Shown here piece after piece: positions 1-13,947 of a DNA stretch of 64,000 bases. The stretch covers positions 62,001-126,000 of the forward strand of contig NW_021832384.1 of NCBI RefSeq assembly GCF_006345805.1, given 5' to 3'. How positions within the stretch are numbered: position 1 is the first letter of the stretch; every line of letters starts with the position of its first letter. The stretch is from Octopus sinensis. Its lineage: Eukaryota. The translations under genes were made by a program, and so were the position numbers. The notes below the pieces were generated by a model. The model had not been told where the DNA came from, searched no databases, and saw only the letters and a program-made list of their open reading frames with translations.

Positions 1-929
1 TTTTTTAATAATTACTTGTATTCTTATTTTATAAGCATAGAATAATATGGTATGTGTATGTTATTATAATTATCATTTTAATAAATAAATAAGTTAACAT
101 TTTAATGTCCTAAAGTTGATGAACCAACTATTGTGCGTCTCCATTTTCTTATTAAAATACACACACACACACACAAAGAAGATCCATCAAGCCAAGTGAA
201 ATTGTAGTCGTGGCAGATAAATGGTATCATGCAACTGGCATGTAAAAGTACCCATTACACTCTTGGAGTGGTTGGCATTAGGAAGGGCATCTAGCCATAG
301 AAACCATGCCAAATCAAACTGGAGCCTGGAGCAGCCCCTCAGCTTACCAGCCCTGGTCAAACTATCCAACACATGCTATCATGGACAACAGATGCTAAAT
401 GATGATGATGATAATGGTGGGGGAACAAAAATGGAATTCATAGGGAAACCAAAAATACACACACAGATGCAGATAAGCTCAACTCTTCGTCAGGTGTCAG
501 TGAAATATCATCACAGTTTCGACACTTTCAACCAATATTGTTCAATTTGGTAGTGTAATGTAATGTTATGTATCGGCACTGGTATGTGGTTTTGGATTAA
601 GTCTAACTGTGTGGACCTTTGGTGTCTGCTACTTATAATGTCATGTGAAGGAATTTGGTGGATGCAGAAACGTTAGCACGCCGGATGAAATGCTTAGTGG
701 TATTTTGTCTGCTGTTATGTTCTGAGTTCAAATTCCGCCGAGGTCAACTTTGCCTTTCATCCTCTCGGGGACGATAAATTAAGTACCAGTTACGCACTGG
801 GGTCGATATAATCGACTTAATCCATTTGTCTGTCCTTGTTTGTCCTCTCTGTGTTTAGCCCCTTGTGGGTAGTAAAGAAATAGGTAACTTCAAGAAACCC
901 TTTGCATGCCTATGTATGTGTGCACTCAC

Positions 930-1009
930 ATATTCACGTGAAGGTTTAGCCACATTTGTATAGTCTATGCCATCAGTACTTGACCATAACAGTACAAACA
1001 CTGACATTC
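930..1009 (-). CDS. Candidate exon, unidentified minus-strand gene
   Basis: Strong donor TAT|GTGAGT. Open as MSVFVLLWSSTDGIDYTNVAKPSREY only from a weak AAG acceptor; the stronger acceptor near 1052 gives stops in all frames. Confidence 0.25.
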
Positions 1010-1862
1010 CTTGTTGACATTATAACTGATAATTCTGCACTTTATACACTCCTAGAATAAAGGATATCCCATCCTTCACTTATAAAACAGATAAGGGTTG
1101 GTTGCAGGAAGAGCATGTGGTTGTAAAATTCAAGCTCAAATAAAGCTCTTGGGACATTAAATTATCTATGGACCTTTTGTTTACTGCTTTATTCTGGTGC
1201 CCTACCTTCATAGTAATTCAATGTTTAACAGAAATTTTATAGATACTTCTTTTAAAATTCCTATTTTGGTATTCATACATTCACTTGTGTAGGTTGAACC
1301 ATGTAAAATGTGAGAGAAAGAAACTTAGCTGTTTCTAGTAAATATATACTTTTCATAGACCCTTAGAATATTACTGTTTGCCAGGGTGGGTCTCAGTTGA
1401 AAATCACTGGTCTAGCCTATGCGAGCATGGATGTTAAATGATGATATATTTATTATATGCATACACACACACATGAAGGTGCATGACTCAGTGGTTAGAG
1501 CGTCAAGCTTACAATCGTGGGGTTGTGAATTTGATTCCTGGACCAGGCTGCGTGTTGTACTCTTGAGCAAGATACTTTATTTCACGTTGCTCCAGTTAAC
1601 TCAGCTGTAGAAATGATTTGCGACATCAATGGTGCCAAGCTGTAATGGCCTTTGCCTTTCCCTTGGATAACATCAGTGGTGTAGAAAGGGAAGGCTGGTA
1701 TGCAAGGGCGACTGCTGGCCTTCCATAAAAAACAACCTTGCCCAGACTTGTGCCTGGGAGGGTAACTTTCTAGGTTCAATCCCATGGTCATTCATGACTG
1801 AAGGGGGGAGGGTCTCCTCACACACACAAAAAGATATAAATATACACACGTGTATAGATATA

Positions 1863-1916
<54 letters not shown>

Positions 1917-2208
1917 CATACATCCATTTATATAACTAAGAACAAGTTAAGAGAAACAACTCAGGGCTAAGATGAATTTGAATAACAAGTTCTATGCAAG
2001 ATACTAACTTGTTGATTCCATGAGATTACTCATCTTACCAAATGCTGCTAAGTCATTGTTTACTTTCCCACAAAGAGAAAATAATTTCAATTAATCGAAA
2101 ATTTACGTTGCTTGTAATTTAGTATAACTTCACACACACACACACATAATAATCATAAACAGAGAGGAAGGAGAGAGAGAGAGAGCATTTTGCAAATGTA
2201 CAACTTAC

Positions 2209-2328
2209 TGAAGGACTTGCTCACAGAGGCAGCTGCAAGTGACCTCCGACATGCGTAGAAGAGCACTGCTCTTCTTTCAAACAGACAACTGTCATATACA
2301 ACAGGGTTAAATATGTAAGGCGAATTTC
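2209..2328 (-). CDS. Candidate exon, unidentified minus-strand gene
   Basis: tttatatag| 120 nt TCA|GTAAGT. One open frame (phase 1/1): NSPYIFNPVVYDSCLFERRAVLFYACRRSLAAASVSKSF. Confidence 0.45.
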
Positions 2329-2856
2329 CTATATAAATATTTATCTATGTCAGTATGACTTCTGTTCATCCAGTAAGTTAGATTTTGTAGGCAAGCTGAT
2401 GATACACACACACACAAACACACACATTTATATATACGTGCAAACACAGAGCACATACATGGAATTCCAGAATAGTGTGTATTTACATACGTACACACAA
2501 ATTTAATACAGTGTGTGCTCGTACACGTTTGCATGTATGTGTATATATACATTTATATGTATGTACACATAGGTATATAAGGTTTCATCTTTTTTATCTT
2601 CTTGATGCATGAAGAATGTACAAAGCAAGAAGGAATCTTCAAGTAGTGACACGGTAAATCAGTAGCTTTCAAAGAATAAACACTAATACAAACGTATTCT
2701 TAGTAATCTCTCCTATTTGCAGATACAAACACATATGCATTGTACGCACACATGTATATATATCTCTTATCTTTTGCGTGATTCAGTCATTGGTCCGTGG
2801 CCATGCTGGAGCACCACCTAGAAGGGTTTAGTCAAACAGATCAATTTTACTACTTA

Positions 2857-3223
2857 CTAGCATAGTATCGCCTGGCGTTGCTCAGGTTTTGCTTCGACCC
2901 TTTAGAATTGGAATTTTCGAAAAGTAAAAAGTTTGCATTATGTAGCTTGTTATTCTCTTTAAGTGAACATTTTTCTGGTTGAAGTACACCGAAAAATGGT
3001 GACACAGCAGTCATAGAAAAAAAGCACCTTTTTGATGTAAATAATTTTTGGTGTTAATATGGTCCGATTTGAATTTTTTCTTCTACGGAATGAAGAGCAA
3101 GCCTTCTTCTATCATACTCTCAATTTTGGTCAACTTGCGCTACAGGTCTCGGAGGAGATAGTGTTAGTTGAAGGCTACCAAACCTGCCAAACATAGACAA
3201 CTTCAGCTTTATATATATAAAGA
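2857..3223 (-). mobile_element. Non-autonomous Helitron, copy 1
   Basis: Minus strand A|TCTTTATATATATAAAGC ... CCTGAGCAACGCCAGG hairpin ... CTAG|T; splits a SINE. Near-identical to 50642-51033. Confidence 0.75.
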
Positions 3224-6200
3224 TTTTTTTGAGCCTGTTACTTATCCTACCGGTTCCCTAATTTCAAACCGTCAAGCTGTGGGGATGTAATCAAACCAGC
3301 ATCGGTTGCCAAACAGTGGTGGTGGCAGTGGTTGGATGGACACACACACAAACACAATGACACACACATAAGAGTGGAGTCTTTTAATTAGCTTCTGTCA
3401 AAAATATCTGTTCACAAGAGTTTGGAAGGCACAGAACTATAGTTTAAGACACTTGCCCAAGGTGCCACAGTGGGACTGAACCTGAAACCTTGTGGTTGGG
3501 AAGTGAACTTCTTAAACACAGAGATGCCTGTGTCATTTATATACATATACACACACACACACATCACAGTATTCATGACATTGACCATGTAGTTATACAT
3601 CACTGGTCACAATGCGCTTTGCATTGTTTTAGCCTTCAAATGATGCCACCCTGCTGGCTAGGTGAGCAGGCCAACATACCCCCTGACTGGCAGACTATTG
3701 TTGCAGGCACCCATTTACAACTGAGCGAACTGGAGCAATATGAAATGAAGTGCTTTGCTCAAGAACACAACACACCACCTGGTCCAGGAATGGAAATCAC
3801 GATCTAGCAATCTTGAGTGCAACACCTAACCACTAGGCCATACATCTTCACACACACACACACGTGATAATGGATACTCCTTTTGGAATGATGGATGACT
3901 GTTCAGCTGAATATCCTCCCCAGTGAATTAGCTTACATGTAGGTGAGTTTCCACAGATAGGGCACACCCTTTATGTAATTCTCAAACTGAGAAACAGCGT
4001 AATACTAGTAAAATATATCAGACGACTTTCTAAACAACAACTTCCATCAACTCAATTCCCTAGCAAGGCTTGGATCAATCTGGGACGTGATAAAAATACT
4101 CTTGGCAATGAAACCATGCAACGGGGCTGAACCCGAGAAAAAAAAGATGGTGAAAGCAATGTCGTAATTGCACAACAATCTCTGCACTCCACCACAAAAT
4201 GAGTGTATATGAGTGTGCATGTGCATGAACTTGTCTGGTTATGTAAATATGCCTTTGTATCTGCTGAAGCAGAAATTTGTTAAAATATATAACTACTGGT
4301 GTTGAAATTATTGAGGTAAACACACAAAGGTGGATAGCCTGCATCCAATAACTGTAAACCAGTGAAAGAATTAAGATACACGCACACAAATCATCATCGT
4401 TTAACGTCTGTTTTCCATGCTAGCATGGGTTGGACGGTTCGACCGGGTTCTGGGAAGCCAGGAGGCTGCACCAGGCTCCAGACTGATCTGGCAGTGTTTC
4501 TACAGCTGGATGCCCTTCCTAACACCAACCATTCCGTGAGTGTAGTGGGTGCTTTTTAAGTGCCACCGACAGGTGCCAGACGAGGCTGGCGAACGACCAC
4601 ATATGTATAGGTGCCAGGGGAGGCTGGCAACGGCCATGATTGGTTGGTGCTTTTTACGTGCCACCGGCACAGAAGCCAGTCAAGGCGGTGCTGGCATCGG
4701 TCACATATGGATGGTGCTTTTTATGTGCCACCGGCTCCGGTATCACAACTACAATTTCCATTTGATTTTTTGATGTTGATGTCTGTTTATCAAACCATAA
4801 ATCTGCTTCTCTAATGTGTGTGTGTCTGTGTGAGTACATGTTAAGTAAAATTATATACTCCATACCCAAAAGTTTTATGCAACTGGCACTGAATGAAATC
4901 TTATAGATATAGATTTTTATAAGTATAGATTTTTAATCTAACTTATTTTGGGTGAAACATGAAATACTCAGTATTTATTTTTGCCAATATAGTGAGGAGC
5001 AATCTCTCTCTCTCTCTTGCCCTTTGTCCTGACACTGTGTGATAGTAATGAATGATTGTAACTACAGCATCATTAATTTCCAATATTCTGCGCGAACATG
5101 TCTGGTCATGGGGGAGATATTACCTTTCTTGGGAACAGGTGAGGGCTGGTGACTGGAAGGGCATCTGGCTCATAAAAACTCCATCTAACCTATGTAAGTG
5201 GACAATTAAATGATAATGATGTATGTGTGTGAGAGAAAGTCAACTGCTGGCTATGCACCTTTGAAAACGAACTAAATAAGGAATTCCTTATATAAGCAAC
5301 AGGTGAAAGTGACAGGAGGGAGATTCAGTTGTGAAACAATGTGACTAACCCATGTACCTACCCCATGCTAGTATTGAAAAATGGTCATAGAAAGGAAACA
5401 CGGAAAATTATAATGATGATATCTGACCAACATATCATTTATATTTTACTTGCATTTCAGTCATTGGACTGCAGCCATGCTGGGGCACCACCGTGAAAGT
5501 TTTAGTTGAATAAATTGATCCCGGTACTTTTATTAAAGTCTAGTACTTATTTCATTGGTCTCTGTTGCTGAACTGCTGAGTTAAGGGGATGCAAACAAAC
5601 CAGCACTGGTTGTCAAGCAGTTGTGAGAGACAAACATACATACATACATACATATTGCTGTCTTCCACACATAAAGGATTGTCTTTTCAGGTGCCAGTAC
5701 CACATAAAAAGTACCTGTGCCTGTGCTGCGTAAACGCACCTGTGCTGTTGCTGTGTAAGTGTACCTGTGCTAGTAGCATGTAAAATGTGCCTAGCATACT
5801 CTTAAGTGGTTGGCATTAGGAAGGGCATCCAGTCATGGAAACCATGCCACAACAGAGAATTGAAGCCTGGACAACTCCCAGCTAGTTCAGCCCCATGTCA
5901 ACATGGAAAACAGACTTAAATGATGAAGGAGATGAAACACATGTATGATGGATGTCTTTCAGTTTCCATTTACCAAAACCACTCACAAGGCTTTGGCTAA
6001 CCCAAAGCTGCCCAAGGTGCCATGCTGAAGAACTGAACCCGAAACCATGTGGTTGGGAAGCAAACTTCTTACCACAAAGCCATGGCTATACGTGATTTTT
6101 GTTTTCTTTTCAGGAATGCTTTTAATAAATGCCAACATCCCAGCTATCCTAAAGTAGCAAAGTAGCACATTATGCAACGTGTCTGTTATACAACAGAGAT

Positions 6201-6364
6201 CAGTTAGAAAGAATCAACAGCTTTTGAGTGATGGCCACGTTTATTGTGACATTGTGTCAAAACCTATTATAACACCTTCACCGTTTGTCAACCTGACATT
6301 GGATGTTGTCAGACCTGACTTCATAAATGCAGAAAGTAAACAAAGCAAAAAGCACTGCTATACA

Positions 6365-6575
6365 TTTATAACAGCAGCACCACCGCCGCCGCTGCCACCA
6401 CCACCACCACCACCACCAATACAATCACTACCAACACCAGTAATACAACCACTACCTCCACCCCCCACACTAATACTATTACAAAAACTAATACTACCAC
6501 AACTGCTGCTGCTACTACTACCACCACCACCACCACTACTAACCATCACTACCAGCAATGTTACTACTACAACTA
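6365..6575. repeat. (ACC)/(ACT) trinucleotide low-complexity tract
   Basis: Directly visible; produces the poly-Pro/Thr ORF. Confidence 0.85.
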
Positions 6576-6782
6576 CTACTTCTCCTCCTCAATTATTTTC
6601 ATTGGCATTCAGTCATTGCGTAGTGTCAGTCTATAATGCCATTCTAGTGATAATATATGTAGACATACATACATACATATATCCATACATACACACAGGG
6701 AGATTATCTACCAACACACATCCACATGCATACACACACACGCAAATATATGATCATATCACACACACACACACACACACAC

Positions 6783-6885
6783 AATCATAAATCTGCAGAA
6801 TTACATCAATCTTCTACGTTGACCTCATCAGTCTGGGAGGAGCAGCAAAGGTCATGAGAATTGACCCACCTTCTCTGTCGAAATG

Positions 6886-6923
<38 letters not shown>

Positions 6924-7148
6924 GAGCACATCTCCCCAACCTCTTCCCCGACAATTATTGAGTATTAATTTGAAAAGTCAGCACAACTTGATATATGGTA
7001 AACTGGAAGTTTATACTTAAAGTCTAGCTGCTATCACACCACACCACAAGGCCACTAGTTACCTCCACCACCACCACCTTGTATACTCCCTTACAACTAT
7101 TACCACTACACTCCTGTAACAACCATCTCACTAAAGCTAGTAAACTGC

Positions 7149-7188
<40 letters not shown>

Positions 7189-7587
7189 ATAAATCTGCAG
7201 AATTACATCAATCTTCTACGTTGACCTCATCAGTCTGGGAGGAGCAGCAAAGGTCATGAGAATTGACCCACCTTCTCTGTCGAAATGATAATAATAATAA
7301 TAATAATAATAATAATATAATAAAGAGCACATCTCCCCAACCTCTTCCCCGACAATTATTGAGTATTAATTTGAAAAGTCAGCACAACTTGATATATGGT
7401 AAACTGGAAGTTTATACTTAAAGTCTAGCTGCTATCACACCACACCACAAGGCCACTAGTTACCTCCACCACCACCACCTTGTATACTCCCTTACAACTA
7501 TTACCACTACACTCCTGTAACAACCAAACAACTATCTCACTAAAGCTAGTAAACTGCTATTACACACACACACACACACACACACAC
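6783..7587. repeat. Tandem duplication of ~402 bp bounded by (AC)n
   Basis: 6783-7184 and 7185-7587 are near-identical, with one ~9-bp indel. Confidence 0.9.
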
Positions 7588-8003
7588 TTCCAAGCCAGCA
7601 AAGGGTGATGTATGTGGAATGATGTGAAGCAGATTTGGCTGCTATTAATCTTACAGGGTCTATAGGCTCCACATGTTGACTCAGGGTCAAAACTGATTTC
7701 TTAATGTTATTAGCACAGATGTTTAACCTTTTAGTTTTTAAAGCAGGCCATATCCGGCCCAAATATTCAACCTATTCTATGTTCAAACTGGCCAGATCTC
7801 ACTTCTCACACCTACCCTACAATGTCATTCTAATAATATACAATCACGCCATCAAAATCTCAGAGCTACAAGATAATGCATGATTAATTGAAAACAGTGT
7901 GATTAAATTATTATTTTGATAATCTGAATACTAAAATGTTAAAGATGGTGCATTATTGACTGAACAAGGGATTAGAAGAGAGGAGGATTATTGACAGGTT
8001 TAC

Positions 8004-8051
8004 TGTGAAACTGGTACAGACAGAGTTCAATCTCAGCTGCAGTACTTTCTT
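8004..8051 (-). CDS. Candidate exon, unidentified minus-strand gene
   Basis: ttttacacattag| 48 nt, phase 1/1: ESTAAEIELCLYQFH; donor ACA|GTAAAC. Confidence 0.3.
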
Positions 8052-8576
8052 CTAATGTGTAAAATATATAAAAGGTTCACCAGAAGTTCTTGTCATTGTT
8101 ATGGTGGGGGAACTTATGTACCTCAATGGCCCTGAGAGATATGCTAGCAGAGTGTAAGTTCCTAGTAGGGATCCCATGCTGGACAGGTCAAAGGATAGAG
8201 GCTACACTGATACAGACCATGCACTCCCAGAAGTAAAAATGGGTTTATGTAGGGCCAATACCGTTGATGAGAAAAAAGCAAAGTTATAAAAATGTCAACG
8301 ACACTTCAAAACCACAAGATCTGAGAGAGGAAGGTTTTTCCTCAGGGAAACATATGATGCAGGCCTTGACCAGGAACTCACAAGGGAGGTAGAAGTGAGA
8401 ACACCCTAAAACTAGTGGAGACAGATACTGAGGAAGAGCAGAAAAAACAGCAACCAACTGAAAAGAAGCAGAAAAGACAGCCATGATTTGTGACCAGGGG
8501 AAGAAAGTTGTTGACGGCTTAAGCTCCAGAGGGAGAAATGGTCTCAAGTAAGGATAGAAGACACTTGCCTGATATA

Positions 8577-8953
8577 CACTTGCGTCAGAAATTAATTAGC
8601 ACTTCTCAAATTTCTACATTAAATAGGTTAAATCAATTAACCTATGAGCTGTTCAAAACGTCTTACGCGATGAGAAAACTTAGTATGGTGTGATTTCGGT
8701 CCTTGCGAGGCACTACCTATATCTATTAAACAAAGGAAGATTTGTCTGCATCCGCACTCCAAGTTGTTGCACTGCTATGTCAACATCATAAGGCTGTAGA
8801 CTCTCAAACTGCTCTGCAAACAAAGTTACGTCATCGTTCTGTGCAACAGTGAACTCGCAACAAAGCAATAGTTTGAGATATGGCCACTAGGTGACAGCAC
8901 ATACCTTGAGTGAAGAGCAAATCTACGGTGCTAATTAATTTCTGACGGTAGTG
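8577..8953. mobile_element. Tc1/mariner-type MITE
   Basis: TIRs CACTTGCGTCAGAAATTAATTAGCAC / GTGCTAATTAATTTCTGACGGTAGTG with TA on both sides; interrupts a SINE head. Confidence 0.8.
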
Positions 8954-9254
8954 TACTATGCAGGGAGAATGAACCTGAAACAATTTGGTTGCAAAACAAA
9001 CTTCTTAATCAAACAGCCATCGTTTGTAGATATCTAATTAATATACTCTTTTACTTGTTTCAGTCATTTGACAGCAGCCATGCTGGAGCACTGCCTTTAA
9101 TCGATGAACTCGACTCCGGGACTTATTCTTTTGTAAGCCCAGTACTTATTCTATCAGTCTCTTTTGCCGAACCGCTAAGTGACGGGGGATGTAAACACAC
9201 CAGCATCGGTTGTCAAGCAATGCTAGGAGGACAAACACAGACACACAAACATAT

Positions 9255-9291
<37 letters not shown>

Positions 9292-9845
9292 CGACAGGCT
9301 TCTTTCAGTTTCCGTCTACCAAATCCACTCACAAGGCATTGGTCAGCCCGGGGCTATAGCAGAAGACACTTGCCCAAGATGCCACGCAGTGGGACTGAAC
9401 CCAGAACCATGTGGTTGGTTAGCAAGCTAGTTACCACACAGCCACTCCTGCGCCTAGTTGTTTTGGAACTGGTAATAAACAGCTACATTAGTTATACTTT
9501 AAATCAGGACGTTCCAAACCACTGGACCATTTTTGTTAATGGCTTGTATAATTTTTTTTTTTCTCCATTGCCATACTCAAGATAAATAATGTATATACCT
9601 TTGTTTGTTGACATAAAAACTGTCTACATTTAAATATTGGATGACAAGGATGGCTGGGGCGAAGTGGGGAAAGAAGAACTGCGTAAAAGATTTTTTTTGT
9701 CATTTGAAAGTAAAATATTACCCAAGTTTATAGATTTTATGACTTATTTGGGTGTTGAGTTTCTTTTTTTTCTTTTTATCATAAATCAGAATGGTTTCTG
9801 TGATTTGAGAGGGTTTCATTTCTGAGTTAGGAAGGGTGAAGATGT

Positions 9846-10135
9846 GATGAGAGACAGAGAAGAGGTGAGAGACGGAGAAGAGAGGAGAGACGGAGAAGAG
9901 AGGAGAGACGGTGAAGGGGGAGAGACGGAGAAGGGGGAGAGACGGAGAAGGGGAGGGTACGGGAAGGAGGGAGACGGAGAAGAGGGGAGAGCCGGAGAAG
10001 AGGGGAGAGACGGAGAGGAGGGGAAGAGATGGAGAGGAGGGGAAGAGACGGAGAGGAGGGGAAGAGACGGAGAGGAGGGGAAGAGACGGAGAGGAGGGGA
10101 GAGACGGAGAGGAGGGGAGAGACGAAGAAATCGGG
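9846..10135. repeat. Purine-rich ~18-bp minisatellite (GACGGAGARGAGGGGAGA)
   Basis: About 15 degenerate units, almost all purine on the + strand. Confidence 0.9.
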
Positions 10136-11504
10136 TGATGGGGAAGAAGACAGAAGAGGAAGAATAAGACATATTAAATATGGTGTCATCTAGTTTGAAT
10201 GGAAACACACTAAATATGGTAATGAAATAAAGAGAAGAGGAGGTGATGATGATGATGAACATGGTAGTGATGGTTTTGATGGGTGGGTCGGTGGGTGGGG
10301 AGTAGTGATGACTATTTAATGACTAGTTGGTATTTCATATACTTACACAGCTCCCTAATTATCAGTAATCTTAATCTGATCATTTACATCAGTATTCTAG
10401 ACTTAAACAAAAAGTAAATAAATATAAATATAAAAATATCTCAGTCCACCACCACCACCACCACTACCACTATTACTACTGAGTAGGTGGATGGGTTTCT
10501 GCATGGTCAGCTGACCTGCTAGAAATAACAGCTAAATCTACTTCAAATCATGCACCATGGGAAGGCTTTTAAAGGGTAACATAATCTGGCATATATTTGG
10601 AAAGACAAGATGGTCATGGTTGGAACACATTTGACCATAGTTCTGCTTGATCAAGGCTCACTTCTACTATTAACGAGTTTTAACATAGATATAAGGTCAC
10701 AAATTTTTGCAGAGAGGAGGCATAGTCAGTGAATTAACCCCAGTATTTGACCGGTATTTATTTTACTGACCCTGGAAGACAAACAGAACTCACAACATTT
10801 AGGGATGAAACTAAATGCCTCAAACCATTGCAGACAGCGTTCTACCATGTTCACCATAATCAAAATAAGGACTTGTACTCTATTGTGATTAAATAATAAT
10901 CACAATAATGATTGTTTTTAATTTGGAAAGAGGTGGGGTGGGGTGCAAGTTAATATTGTTGATCCTAGTACTTGACCGATGCTTTATTTGTTGACCCTGA
11001 AGAGATGAAAGTCAAAGCTGACTTCGACAGGAATTGAACTCAGAATGCAAAGAGCTGGAACAAATACTGCAAGATATTTTATCTGACATTAAACAACTCG
11101 GACAACCCCCTTCCTTCCTACCATTAAGAATAACAATAGGGTATTAGAAAGAGAATGGCAGTTTTGGAGGAGTTTGGGTAAAAGGGTAAAGACACCCCTT
11201 TGGTCATGAATGACCAGGGGATTGCACCTAGAAAGTTCCCCTCGAAGGCACAAGTCCAGGCAAAGTTGTTAATGGAAGGCCAACAGTCGCCCATGTATAC
11301 CAGCCTCCTCTCTCTCTATGCTAGCAATGGAAAGGCAAAGGCCGATACAGCTTGGCACCAGTGATGTCGCAACTCATTTCTACAGTTGAGTGAACTGGAA
11401 CAACATGAAATAAAGTGTCTTGCTCAAAAGAACACAACACACAGCCTGGTCCAGAAGGCTAAAGTATAGACTTTGGTGAGAATGTAGCCAAGAGTACAAA
11501 GAAT

Positions 11505-11935
11505 ATTGTTGTTGGCATCCTTTTGTCTCGGGAGACAATGGAGTTGCATATAAACTAATCCAGTCTGGGTTTTACATTTCATGTCCTCTCCAGTTTTGCG
11601 CATGTCTGGGCTAGAGGTAAGGAAATCTTGGGTAGCCCAGTTGTCAGGATTCCTCTCTTGACCTTGCTGACATAGTCCAAAGGAGTGCAGAGCATTACGT
11701 TTCGCACCAGCTTGGTTGCAGGAGCTGCCAGAAGGGTGTCGAGCTGAACACTAAACCGCCTATGGGACTCCATTCTGGATTACTTTGAAGGCTCTCTCCT
11801 TTCCGTCACCCTGGATAGGGGCCCATACCGGGTTCTGTCAGCCGGAGCCAGCTGAGACTGGGACTCGTGTCAGGAAGGGTCGTCACTCCCTGAAGTAGTG
11901 AAGAAAATCGCTACCCACTACCTATAGTACAAAGA
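11505..11935 (-). mobile_element. RTE-like non-autonomous or UTR fragment
   Basis: GCAGCTCCTGCAACCAAGCTGGTGCGAAACG...CTCTGCACTCC recalled from RTE-clade UTRs; not verified. Confidence 0.35.
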
Positions 11936-12178
11936 ATAAACTTAGAATAAATCAAAATCTACTGGAATAGTGTTATTGTTTAGCCCTAAGTCAACCTTCA
12001 TCAAGCAGATCTGTGAACAGAGACATTCTAGCCATGACCATTCCATCTCTAGGATTATATTATCTAACATGTCTTTCCATTACTGAATATGATGTCCTGT
12101 TCAATGTTGTAGTTTCTTCTCTCCTAGTGGTGCACTTCTAGTAATTATAGATAAAGGAAAACACACACAATGATAAAC

Positions 12179-12272
12179 TAAGTGGGAGGTCAATCCACAA
12201 CAGACGGAGGGCGTAGGGATGGTCAGTAGAGCCTCTTAGCAACCAAACATATCTATGTTTTTTACTATCTAC
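12179..12272 (-). CDS. Candidate exon, unidentified minus-strand gene
   Basis: gttgccag| phase 0/1: VDSKKHRYVWLLRGSTDHPYALRLLWIDLPL. Weak donor TTA|GTTTAT. Confidence 0.35.
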
Positions 12273-12615
12273 CTGGCAACACACACACATACACACTGTT
12301 GGTATTAGGGTCAGGAATAAACCCCCAAATTATAAGAGGAATTAATAAGTAATACCTAAGCTGATTTACATATATACAACAATATGTATGTATATATGTG
12401 TGTAGATATGCTTACATCAACATATATAAAAAGTACATAAGCAGACATTCACAAACACATACACACATATGTATGGTATTGTCAATGCAGAGATAAAGAC
12501 AGCAAATCATCCAACATTATTAATCCTCTTAGGTCTGTGATAATGATGGTGATGGTTTGAAGCTGTTCAGTGGTGAACTAAATAAGGTTTTAAATGTTCT
12601 GATTTCACGTCTGAC

Positions 12616-12738
12616 CTTATGGTGACATTGCTCTTTTACTGCTCCACTGTTAATAAGACAAGCTAAGTATTGTGTGTTCCAAGAGGGAAAGTACAATTCT
12701 ATCAACGATATATAGTGCCCTGACAAAATCCCTGATAT
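12616..12738 (-). CDS. Candidate exon, unidentified minus-strand gene
   Basis: T-run of more than 20 nt then ctgtcagtag|. 123 nt, phase 0/0: ISGILSGHYISLIELYFPSWNTQYLACLINSGAVKEQCHHK; donor AAG|GTCAGA. Confidence 0.4.
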
Positions 12739-13832
12739 CTACTGACAGAAAAAAAAAAAAAAAAAAAAAAAATTCTTCTTACAGGTCTGGCCATGCTGAA
12801 GCAACACAGAATCACCCACCTTCTTAACCCTTTAAAACCCCATGTTGAATTCTCCGTTGGACTTTTTTTTTGTATGAAGAGCATTCTGTTGTGCAATCAA
12901 TGGAATGCTTGACTCGTCATATCAATATCTAAGTAGCTGAGTACCCCACAGACGAGTGTACTCTTAATGTAATTCTTGGGTAGAATCAGCACAAAGCGAG
13001 TACAAACAGAGTCCATTCTAAATCATACATAGCATAAGTGGCTGAGTATTCCACAGACATGTATCCTAAACATAATTCTTGGGTGGAATCAGCAGGACAC
13101 AACATGCGGCAAAGCTAGGCCTTCGAGTTAGACACAATCCACCAGACGGGCGTCCACACAGTTTCCACTTACACACTTTTACTTGCAAAGCTTAGGTTGA
13201 TCTGAGGCTAAGGTAAAGACTGATGCCATACTGTGTATTTGAACTGGAAATCTCAAGATATCAAGGAGAGTTCTTAACCACTCTGCCCATGTTAGTGCTT
13301 ACTCATGACCTTTTATCTATTCCCAAAATACACCTAAGTCAACAATAGATCGTTTATATGGTAACTCAATTTGTTAGAAATAGCAGCCAATTCTCCCTCA
13401 AATCACATTAATCCAGCATAAAAAAAAAAACACATTGGATAATGTAATACTAGATACATTGTCTAAAATAATAAACTGCGATGATTATAATTAAATAATA
13501 ATTAATAACTTGATGGAATTTACTAAAATAATTAACTACCTCATTAATTATTAGTCTGGTGTAAGTAATATCACTTAAAGTTCATATATAAAATTATGAT
13601 GGAAGGGTTTTCGTTTAAATATGAGCCTTTTAAAACAGGAGCTTTTTTTTACCATAGATATCATAGAACCAGATGAGTAGGGTTCAGAAGGATTATGGAA
13701 ATAAAAATGAGATACATTGGTTACTACAAGAAATAATAGCTAGACTTCCCTCAAATTACACCTATAGTCTTTAATAGGTGTTATGGTGTGAAGATTTTAG
13801 CATCAAAAATTTTCCACAAGGATTTTAATAAC

Positions 13833-13947
13833 TTCATCTAGCTTTGCTTCTTGGTGGATGGAGGAACCAACACAAGAATTTTCCATCTTATCCATAAGAG
13901 TGTGAGCTACGATGTGATGGTCATAGTTGGAACATCCGAGGATACCT
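13833..13947 (-). CDS. Candidate exon, unidentified minus-strand gene (donor uncertain)
   Basis: gttcttgttcag|A GGT... reads GILGCSNYDHHIVAHTLMDKMENSCVGSSIHQEAKLDE. Donor GAA|GTTATT is weak; without it the frame stops at VIKILVENF*. Confidence 0.3.

Noticed and set aside
4230-4350. Possible extra minus-strand exon (strong acceptor near 4352); similarly near 6300, 25800, 30700 and 34350
   Set aside because: Frames are ambiguous, donors are weak, and they do not fit the phase chain without further assumptions.
6179-6790. 203-aa Pro/Thr-rich ORF
   Set aside because: Produced by (ACC)/(ACT)/(AC) repeats.
6800-6840. CTGATGA on the minus strand; similar CTGANGA hits near 488, 6025, 10997, 40840 and 62272
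   Set aside because: GAAA, NUH or pairing stems are missing or in the wrong order; several are SINE variants.
13933-13945. GTATCCTC resembling a U12-type donor
   Set aside because: Imperfect match, and the resulting phase closes the next candidate exon; no supporting U12 branch point was identified.
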